From Laetmonice hystrix (lineage: Eukaryota): a stretch of 64,000 nucleotides of DNA. Made by a program: the position numbers and the translations under genes. The DNA lies in the NCBI GenBank assembly GCA_965235115.1, contig OZ249436.1:58900001-58964000 (forward strand). Reading direction: 5' to 3'. How positions within the stretch are numbered: position 1 is the first letter of the stretch; each line of letters opens with the position of its first letter. Positions 54,001 through 64,000 of the stretch are shown one piece after another. The notes under the pieces are model-generated. The model saw nothing but the letters and a program-made list of their open reading frames with translations. It had not been told where the DNA came from and made no database searches.

Positions 54001-57000
54001 TGTCATATCAGACTGGCAGCGATCTACCCACCGGTATTAGAAAGCTCAATATTCTCTTCTCGATCCATGGTCGGAGATGCGAACCTTAAACGTCAGCTAT
54101 CGCAGGATAAACACAATTAACGAGTTATCTTGATCCCCACCAGTCGATAACAGACATAGCCTGTAAACCTGAAAACAACATGCAAACTTTTCAAACTATC
54201 GGAGAGGGTTGTTACTTTCACTGTCAGACTTCAAGGATCACCATTCCGTGTCTATAAGCAGTACGGTAATATAACCGATCTATTTGGTGATGCTTCAGCA
54301 CGACTTGGAAATGGGTGACATTTCAGGTGATCCGTCTCATGAAAGCAAAGTTTCAAGTTTCTTTGAACTTATTTCAATCTAGAGTTCATGATATCAGGCA
54401 GCTCAGAGAGGTATTTTACGATTCGCAGATCTGAAACATCATACACAAAAATCTTTGAAGCTATACAGTGAGGGATGAAACATCCCTTCTTATAAGACTG
54501 ACATACACTAGATACGTATACGGTCACTGAAGGAGTCCAAACAGATTACCAAAACATCCACTTCTGTGCCGTTAAAAAGCATTCCTTTGAGCATGTGAAA
54601 CACTTGTGAAGGACTACAGAGCTTGTCTTTTCATAATAAAGACAATTCGAGAGCCATGTTCTACAGCTTTTTGTAATATATTAATTGTTTCTGCCCATAT
54701 AATACAAAAAGTACCAATTACGGAAAACACAGTACAAAACTGTTACAGTGATAAGTACAAAAGAGACAATACATTACAAATACAATCACCACTATTTATT
54801 ATGATAGGTGACCAAACATTACCCCCATCTCTGATATATCAATCTTCACCTTTGTTATATTGTAAAACCAGTCTATCACCTGTTTCCAGAACATTTTTAA
54901 CTTTAACATGGTATATAGGCCTACCGTAGGTTCCTTTTCTTTCTTGCAAAATGTGCATACATCAGAATCTGCGATTCGTTGGAGTTATCGTTATGCTGAA
55001 ACTCCCGTACTTTCTTGTTTTTTTCATAGATTTTTTATAAAATGTGTAAATGGTTTTTCAAGTTTTTCTGTCAATATGATATTGACATGTTCTACAGATG
55101 AAGTAATCTACATTCTAGCTGCATTTGCTTATTATTCTTCTATTATAACGTGTTGCAAATAACCCACTTCTTGGTAGCATCAATAGGCAGCTGTATGAAT
55201 AAATCAATATCCATGTACCCCAGAATAAAAACGACATCTCTGTGATCTCCGCAACAAAAGGAATACCAACTCAATGGTATAATGTAGGTGGTTTAACGTC
55301 GTATCATAATACTCTGTGCTAAGCATTTCGAGAGGGGAATATTCTGACTGGATCAGTTTGTTTGTTTAAAAAGCCTGTTTGATTTGTTCATATCATGACC
55401 GACTATTGTAAGCCTATACCCTGAGGCAATGTGCCATACTCAAGCTCACTGATGGCTTAATCACGGTGCCATGCTCAGGGTGGATGGAAACCAGTATTTG
55501 TAGACCTTGTCTGCACAGCTTGCCCAGTGGTACCTATTGACCAGGGTACTATGGGCACGGTGAGAGACCACAAAAACCATGTGTCAATAGAAATTGACAT
55601 TAGTTGTTGAAGCCAAGTACGGCTCCAAGAAATATCACTGCGATCAATGTACCTCCTGCAATCTACAACATAATATCATTATTGGATTGTCATATTTCGA
55701 CGTTGGAACACCCGTTTGGAACCCTCTTCAACCACCACCTGCAAAAGTCCAAAAGCTCATGGCTCTCATTCGACTTTTGCTTCTGGGACGCACAACACCA
55801 TCACCATCGAATTCACATTTAGTGTAATCATGGTGTTAGGCACGTCCTCCTTCAGTTAAAAGAATGATCAATGTTTATGACTTGCAGTTTGTGAGGGACC
55901 TTAGATAGAGTTTATCCAGAGGATGTGGCCCGCCCGCCTGCCTGACGTCCCTGCTGCCTCGCTGTATATATGCCTTAACCGCCCCCAACTCAACCACTGG
56001 CACCATTCACGTCAGGCGCCCGGCCCTGGGAGAAGCCATAAAGCAGTAAATATGATAGAGATGGCTTGATTCATGGTGGAAGGGCACCGAGGACATTGTG
56101 AGCCCATTTCATATCGGTGAAAGCCACAGCCGGCAGCAAGTAACAATGGCTATTGGTTTTCTGCCTCACAGGCTACGACTTCATGTGAGAAACTCGCCAT
56201 TGCGGTGGCACCAACAAGCCCGGGTTAGACAGAGCGCAGACCCCAGTATTGAGTTCACCAATGATGGGCCCTCTGGATACACCCAACATGCCATCAGTGA
56301 GGAGAGAGGGTGTCCACGAATGATAGACTCAATGCACCTAACGAGACACAGCCAATTATGGGGCAGCCTGGCTTCGTTGCAAGGTCACCCAAGTTGCTAC
56401 ACACACTCGTGACCTTCACCTTGTGAGGCAACACACCCCCACACACAGGGCCCGATGCATCAACCCGCGCCCAATGCATCCAGTGGGGACGATGTCACAG
56501 CCATGTTGGCTTTAGGCAAGCAAACAAGCACTACTATGGTTTGGCAACATGTTTGAGTTGTCAGAATGCCGGAACTGATGCGCTGGGAACACCATTTGCG
56601 GATGTGATGTTCAGACAAGGTCATAGAGAATTATGTTGAAGTCACTTGTGCACTTCATTTTTCTGTTCACTTCAATAAGATACTTTGCTGTCTCTACAAC
56701 TATCAGTAATGAATTCACTCCTACGTATATGACGTCAGGCTGGTTACGAGACACTTTATATATACACCACATCGTTCAAATGAATTATTGAGGAACATTT
56801 CTTGGTACAGCCATTGATGTGAACAATTGAATTAACTCCTACACAGAACACTATGTGATTATAAACAATGACAATCAGGAAACCTCCACCCACATCATCC
56901 ATAGCCTTTTTTCTAACAGCTGAGCCAAGGTTTCCACTTTGTCTTGACTTGCTGACCAAATGGAAGGTTTTCTCTCTCTGGCAGGCTAACAACTAGGTAT

Positions 57001-60000
57001 ACTTTAATATCCCGGCATGTCGCTGCAAAGTCCTCCAATTGACAGGATTGTCATTCTATAGACGGGACGTTGTCAAGCTTGAATATAAAACCATGCGCCG
57101 TCCAAAGTATCATTGACAGTAAGAAAATCCCCGGAACTTTGTCAGTAAATTATCTTCATCAAACCCTAAACATTCCTTTAATACAAATACTCGCCATAAC
57201 ACCCACTTGCACCACAATCTTACTTCAGTTTCAGTATCAATATATTAACGCTTAATTTAATGGCAAGATTCGTCCTGGGACCAGACCAAAATTTGTCCAC
57301 AACTCCTCGAGATAATTTGGTTATGGAACAATAATCGGCATCAATAAAGCCAGCTGTTAATCTCTCCGGTGGTTTGACAAATATCGATAAGAAAACTTCA
57401 GATGTTTACATAAGGTTTGTATAGTAAACGTTGCCGTTTATATACAGTTATGTAGCAAGAAACATTCTGACGGTAAATGACTTAGACGGAGGCTGGGAAA
57501 ATGGAGCATGCGTTAGCACTGCACGAAAACATTCCATTCAGTCGTCTCTACCACCCGGGTGTTCTACCATGAAATGTAATCTTCCTATTTTAAGGAGATT
57601 CTATTGTAGCACGAACATTAATCTGACTTGGAATGACCTCCGAGAATGATATAATTTTAATAATAACCACAGGCACGAAGATGTCAGATTGCATTATTCA
57701 TTTCATCCACAGGTTGCTTATTGCAGCATAGAATTGAGCATGAAATACTTGATTGCAGTTTTGATTGATCAGTGTTAATAACTGCAGAGTTATGGGACAA
57801 TTTTCTGGGTTGGAGGATCAACATATCAGGACAGTTTTTCTGAAAGGATAGAAAACAAAATGCTTTTAGACTAGCTTTTATGTGAGGCTAAAAACTGTAA
57901 AAACGCATTTTTGTGTGAATTGACTTAAATCAATGATGGTTCTAATGTTTGTTGCGTGTGCATAGCCCATTGACTTCATTGTACATTGAGGTTTTCATGT
58001 TTAATGCCATGCTCTCTCACCTGTTTTGTTCTAGGGATAAAGCCTAGCTCAACGACACGTAGCCCATAGTCCATACTTCCACAAGCATGCCATTAAATAC
58101 ATGAACTGTAAATATTAGACATAATATTTTCAGGCAGGACCAGACTTTAAAGGCAATGCCTTGCGGTACACGGTAATAAACAACAGGGGCCCAACACAGC
58201 AATGGAGCCGTGAACACTGCTTTCAGATTGTGCGACGGTCATCATAATATCATAATAATATATGATTCAGCTTGAGGCAGCCATTAACATAGGTGCCATC
58301 AAAGTCTCCTCTCTCGCCCCAAGTCAGCCATTCTATGCATCGAGGAACCACAGGCCCAACATTCATTTAAAACTGTACTTGAAAGCAATTACTTTCCAGC
58401 CTGACTGCTGTGGGCTAGGGCCGTTGCTGGCTGGCTGTAGCATTATTATACTGCACACACCCTGGCTAAACCTGAGATGTTTGTGCTGTACGGTTCAGGC
58501 GTCCCCGGAGGCCAACAAGTCGGCAGTTGAGCTCGTGTTGGGGGCACCAGCGACATGCTCTTTAGACCGTTCTGCAAGCATGCTTAAGGCGCTTGCATGA
58601 GGTTCCCTGACCCTCTGCATGCCTACACTTTGAATGCTGAATGCACAATGCATGCCTAATTCCATCACACTCCACACCATGCACAATTGCTGTAAAGCTC
58701 CTTTGTTGCATTCCTTGCCTCCACCTCCCTTTTTCAACACGTAGCTCGTGGTGTCTTTACCTGCGCTCTCCACAAAATCCTCCTTAAATTCCCATTCTGC
58801 CGTTGTATGCCCTATGCCTTTCACGTGAAGCCCAAACAGCTAATTTATGCCTTTCTGAGGTTTTTTTAGTGCTGAAGAGAACAAAGGGATTGAATTCATT
58901 GTTCTTTTTTCTCATAAACTGCTCGGCAGTGATGGATTGCACGTTGTGCAAGGGGATCAGGAAAGAATGGGTAAGGCTGTGGTACAGTGTACGGGGACCA
59001 TGCTGGCAAGGTTATACAGTCTCCACGCCCTTCGAGTCCCTTCTTCTCTGGCGATATCCCACACCTCTCGTGTCAAAGCCTTGCAGCGGGCGGCCAGTCT
59101 TTAGGCCAGATTTGTTCCTGATTAACATGACGACAACCCAGCCGAGCGGGGAAGGGTCATGCAACCTGGATGATCTCGTGCGATATCTCTGCATCTATCA
59201 CCCCCAACCTGTGAATAAGCCAGCCGCTTTCAGAATCATCACGAAAGCAGTATGGCAATCAGTGGCGTTCTAAACCATTTTCTTAAGACAACAGACTCGT
59301 TTGTACGGTTGCGACGTGAGGCTACAGTATACATTCTTACAGTGGATCGATCTTGGTATGTACCTGCATCAATCCATCATCCTATCTGTCATTATATGAT
59401 AAATCACCTCACCTCTACATCTTTTTTCTCCGCTGCATGATATGCTTTGCATCTTGCCAAGACGCAGTGCTGAAGGTTTGATTTTGACGCGAAGGTGTTG
59501 TGCCTACCTTCTCGGTCCAATCATGACAATCAAGTGGGAAGGGTAATCTGACACCCAAGGCAACAAAACCTGGGTGTAAACAATATGAGACGACGCCGCC
59601 ATCCAGAATGGAGAAGAGGCAGCCATATTTGATCACCGGTACTGAACCTGCTAACAGTACCGTCAAGAGGGGAGGGCAAAGGGGTGGCGACCGTCGGCCC
59701 TGGGTTCGGAGCATTGAGCTACATTTTTTCAAGGACTTTTCAAGGCCTTTTAACGGTCTAAATCTCTATTTTCAATCACTTTTCTCTTAACATATGCACA
59801 GAAATTGAACAATGTACCATCCTGGCAAACTTTTGAGTACCTTTTTCTATTTTAAACGTTTCAGTAGTCCGGTTCAGGGTCTGGGCCCTTTTTATATCTA
59901 ACTGCTGCTACTACCATGTTCCTGGTCACATTTAACACGTAAAGGTTATTATCTATTATCTAATCTAAATTTAGATATAATCCCATAGCGTTACTGGTCA

Positions 60001-61271
60001 TGACCCCCGATGAAATGTCTCAAACCACTTGACTATAACAAGAAAGAGGGTCAAAGACAAGATGAAGACAGCACATCAGAATATGGTACGATCTAATTAT
60101 ACATGATCGACTAGTCTCCCTTCTATCATGTGTCCTTGTCATACGAGCCTCCTCTGTCATCCTTCCTATTCCTTCCATTCCCAGTGGGAGGCAGTTCTCG
60201 TCTAATGATGGTCAGCTCGACAGCCAGAGAATGATCTTCTAAACTGGCCACGGGCCTTGGAATATTAATGAAACCAAAAAGTTCACTTCAGGAAAACAAA
60301 ACAAGAACAATGGCGATCCAGGATGCTGTGTCAACAGCATGCTCATGATAAGTTTTTTGGGGGAAGGGAGAGTTCATTGGAATTGTTGTTTCAATACGCT
60401 TGCCATTACCCTATCACAACCATCAGCATTCAATGTATAATCTGACCATATTTGTGCACACACTGGATTGCCCTATAGAGCTGCCAATGGTGTCACATCC
60501 GTACTCGCAACTGGAAATGACAGCGCCAGACCAAAGTGGGACGCAGCCATATTATTGATGAGACGCAGAGTTGCACTAGGAAAGACATATTTTCCCGGCC
60601 AGACATCCCAGTCGTTCTACTTTCACTTCTTCCTCGACGTTTACCAATTCTGCAATATTACCGTAATTTTTAGCTGTAATTCTACAATGACCACATTTTG
60701 CCTGGAAGCCCATTACGTTCGTGAGCGCTCTAATGGGAAAAGCTCTCGGAAAGCACTGCTATCAGGAACCAGCGAACCAGCTGGGGGGAAATGGCCATGA
60801 GAGGATTCGTGTTGAAATCCTGGACGGGCACAGCTGGAAATTGTATACTGTCATACCCTTAAATTGGCAAAATTCTTCACGATGTCATCTTACAACAGGT
60901 ACTTGTTCAGCCATAGAAAATTCAGGAAGAACATTAAAAAAGTAGTCATCCGTCAGCATCACACGGTGTGTTGGTAGCGAGTGTGATTACCCCCCTCCCC
61001 CCAACCCCAACTAACCCCCACCCCCATCCCCACCCTGCTCTGTGTTTTCTATAAGACGACTGCGCCCGTGCATAATGACCGAGTGTCGTCCTACTCACCA
61101 CTTAACCCATTATATACGTCTATCTCCATACCCCATTAACCACACACTGTCAGCAGGCATCTAAGGCATCTCCATGAAAACAAATCACTCGGAACCTATC
61201 AATATGATTTGGCATCGTCATATCAGCTATACAGATATAGAAAAATGCCTCCAGTAACCATAGTAACTCGA

Positions 61272-61274
<3 letters not shown>

Positions 61275-61319
<45 letters not shown>

Positions 61320-61320
61320 T
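61275..61320. repeat. (CT)n microsatellite
   Basis: About 17 perfect CT units plus a degenerate tail. Confidence 0.95.
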
Positions 61321-63323
61321 GGTTGGATTTTTAAAGGATAAGCCAGGCAGGGAGTGGTACAGGGGTTGAGTGGTTTGAATCTTGGGGACGGGTATGCTGA
61401 GGATGTTGATGAGCTTGCTTGAGGAATGGTGACAGACTTTCCTCCTGTAGCTGCACAAACATGTTTTGATGGAACGTGCTGATTGCATTAAGTGTCCATG
61501 AAATTTCATTACAGTTGATATATGAGAATCAAAATGATAATTAGGGTGTGTTCATGATGGATTCCACCGAGGTTTGTTACAATGAAGCCCATTTCCACAT
61601 TATTTTATATTGATATGAAATTATATCATCATTGAAATTTCAATGGGTTAGACAATGTTCAGTGTCTGTAGCCCGAAAGTGAATCTCTCTACTTGTGAGT
61701 TAATGAAATAGATGGAAGCTCCTGTCATCTATCAACACTCGCGCAAATATTGAAAATCAATATGTACACATGTATATTTCTATCAGTTCTGCTACACAGT
61801 TATATGGACTGCAAATATTCCCAGTGATAACCTTGTCACATAATTACAGGCATTCATTACACTCACTGAGTTCTATGTTATTCACGTTGATGCCACTAGA
61901 TTTAATATATATATTATAGAACACATCACATGAGTATCCACAATGAACGACCTTCACGTTCTGAAGTTGAAAAGCCACTAATAAATCTGGCGCCCTCCAT
62001 ATTGCTGTCATGCACGGACAATGCAGGAAATCATCAGGCTAAAAAAGTAGCATCATTTTCTTGATGCTGCTTCACCTAGTAATCAGAAACGCGTGGACAT
62101 ATTTTTAAGAACTAGAAAAAACCCTGGGACATTGAAGAGGTAATGAGAACACGTTGGAATAATAAACTGTGGCGTTGTATGCATTTTGATTGTTTCCTGA
62201 TCAGCATACCTGATTGGAAGATGGTAACGGAATGGGTGGGTTATATAGAGTGCAGTCATGGCCTGCTCGAATGTTCACTTACGTGAGGAGAATTATGGTA
62301 TGAGGTCTGCCATGACAGTGGGTCTCCTCTACATGAATGTGGGCCGGTCTGTATGATTCAACTGCACAAATTGGACTTTGTCATGACATAGAACCAGAAC
62401 TGTTGAGCTGTGCTGTAGTACACTTCGCCCATTTGGCTGAGAGCAGATATGGGCGAAGGCAGAGGCTGACTCTCCCATCGCGTCAGTCGGTGCCACTACT
62501 ATGGTTCATGCCGTACAATAGAATAGAGGACATATGTGCTTTAATTATACATGCCACTTTGAGGCTGAAAGAGTAATTTTAAGGATAGCACCATGAGCCA
62601 GTTGTCCTAGACCTCATCAAGAGTCGTTTAATGCTACCGTTTCCGTTTAAAGATCTCCGTTTCAACTCTGCCCCAAATCACCATGATTACTAACAAACCG
62701 TCAGGCTAGAAGAAAATATCTTATATCTTGAAGTCTGGCCTGAAGTTTGGCTTGTAAGGTGGTAAATTATTATGTGGTGAAGTTCAAAAACGAGCTTCTG
62801 ATGTTAGTCTGCTGAAAGATGGCCAAAAGTTTACAGTTGTAAGCCAGTACGAAGGAGCGTATCGCTCAGTGCTGGTGACTGCTGCCTCAGTCAATTTTGG
62901 TTGTGAAATTTAATTACCATAATTTAGTGAATGTCAAACTTGCAATGAAAGTGCCACTTTAACACGTGTTAATACACCGCATGGACTTTTTTCTCTGTTA
63001 CATTATGCTGTTAAGCTTTCATGAGGTTTATATGGGGAAGAGTTGAGAGCCGGATAAACTATATACACATAATGTAACTCTAGATTAGATTCGGTCTACT
63101 TTACACTTTGCCATGGATGACAACTTTAGACCAGATATATGCCATTTCTATTTTACTTATTTCTATGACTGGCATGGTATAGATAGTACTATAACTCTAC
63201 AATCTTATCAGTAAGAGGTATTTACACGAAACTTTATCATTACATCCCTTATACGGGAGGGAACTAATACGCACTCTGGCACAATTTCAACCGTAAGTAG
63301 TATATAGAAATGGGAATACTGAC

Positions 63324-63405
63324 CGTGGCAATGCTGGGTGAGGGCTGCTACCAGCACCAAAACCAGGCGCAGGGCAAGGTGGTTGGTAATACTCTCCACA
63401 CCCAT
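63324..63405 (-). CDS. Putative first coding exon (signal peptide) of the same Ig-superfamily gene
   Basis: ATG at 63405 with an in-frame upstream TAG. Encodes MGVESITNHLALRLVLVLVAALTQHCH, which has a hydrophobic core, and ends CAC G|gtcagt (phase-1 donor). Splicing to 16722 gives ...LTQHCH-A-VLG/LEPTF..., a plausible signal peptide and cleavage site. The link across 46.6 kb is inference. Confidence 0.6.
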
Positions 63406-63448
63406 AGCCCTCTCCCACAACAACCTGCCCAGCTGCTGATACACAACC

Positions 63449-63513
63449 TACACCACTAACCACCACCGCCGCCACCACCACCACCGTCGTCGTCGTTGTC
63501 GCCGTCACCGCCG
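63449..63513. repeat. Mixed CAC/CGC/GTC trinucleotide run, probably in the 5' UTR of the Ig gene
   Basis: caccactaaccaccaccgccgccaccaccaccaccgtcgtcgtcgttgtcgccgtcaccgccg lies 45-110 bp upstream of the ATG at 63405 on the minus strand. Confidence 0.8.
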
Positions 63514-64000
63514 TGCTATCCAGCAGGCAGGTAGGCTTTCTCCTCCTGCCCCGCCCCCACCGACAACCACCTCCACCACAAGGGTAACGTACAAGCCTTC
63601 CAAAAACTGGTCCGTTGAGGTAACAATCCTGGGTCACTTGCCCTATCTTATTCTGCTGTCAGCTATACTCCTAGCTTTTCTGAGCAGAGAACACTCAGCC
63701 TCATGAAAAGGCTGCTTTCAAGACAGACCAGCACGGCTATGCTATACCGAGCGGTATTGTAAGCTATCTTTCTATCCGTAGTTGATCTTAGCCCACAATG
63801 GCTTGTCTCTCACTGAAGCGTACATCCAGAGAAAGCTCCCCATTTGTCCCAGCGTGGTGGTGCTGCTTTAGTTAACACTAAGGATGGCACCATTTGATGA
63901 TACATGTAGACTCTTCTCCACTCGTCGTGGTCATGAGGCATGGTCAGTGCGACGAGGGGAGCGCAGGGGGCATCCGAGCCATCCTCATCCCACATCTGCA

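Noticed and set aside
58250-59790. Cluster of overlapping 100-156-aa ORFs
   Set aside because: No recognisable domain or convincing splice structure. Overlapping ORFs on both strands are expected in moderately GC-rich decayed repeat DNA.
1-64000. tRNA, rRNA or tRNA-derived SINE heads, and prokaryote-style operons or defence systems
   Set aside because: No paired A/B boxes with a cloverleaf, no rRNA-like sequence and no gene-dense tracts were seen. A tRNAscan-SE, Infernal or RepeatModeler run would be needed to exclude degenerate cases.

Overview
This is eukaryotic, intron- and transposon-rich animal DNA, probably from an invertebrate and plausibly a lophotrochozoan (inference from the one recognisable protein). 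I saw no prokaryotic genes, rRNA, tRNA or CRISPR arrays, and nearly all of the supplied short ORFs look like chance or decayed-TE frames. The best-supported host gene is a minus-strand lachesin/DIP/IgLON-like Ig-superfamily gene. It has a clear Ig-domain exon at 16613-16722 and a phase-compatible signal-peptide exon at 63324-63405, which implies a ~46.6 kb first intron covering most of the window. The rest of the Ig domain was not found, so it probably lies beyond the left edge. At the left edge (1-1135, minus) is a Thr/Pro-rich, mucin-like frame built from 27/54-bp repeats and broken by a single 1-nt insertion. The intronic DNA contains a well-delimited non-autonomous PIF/Harbinger element (31181-33773; 16-bp TIRs, CTG target duplication, transposase pseudogene, extra cargo). 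It also holds two clear MITEs, several minisatellites, a short insertion flanked by an unusually long 35-bp duplication, and decayed LINE, BEL/Pao, Ty3/gypsy and possibly Penelope fragments. I found no convincing novel multi-gene system. The most interesting leads are the gene architecture, the mucin-like frame and the composite Harbinger.
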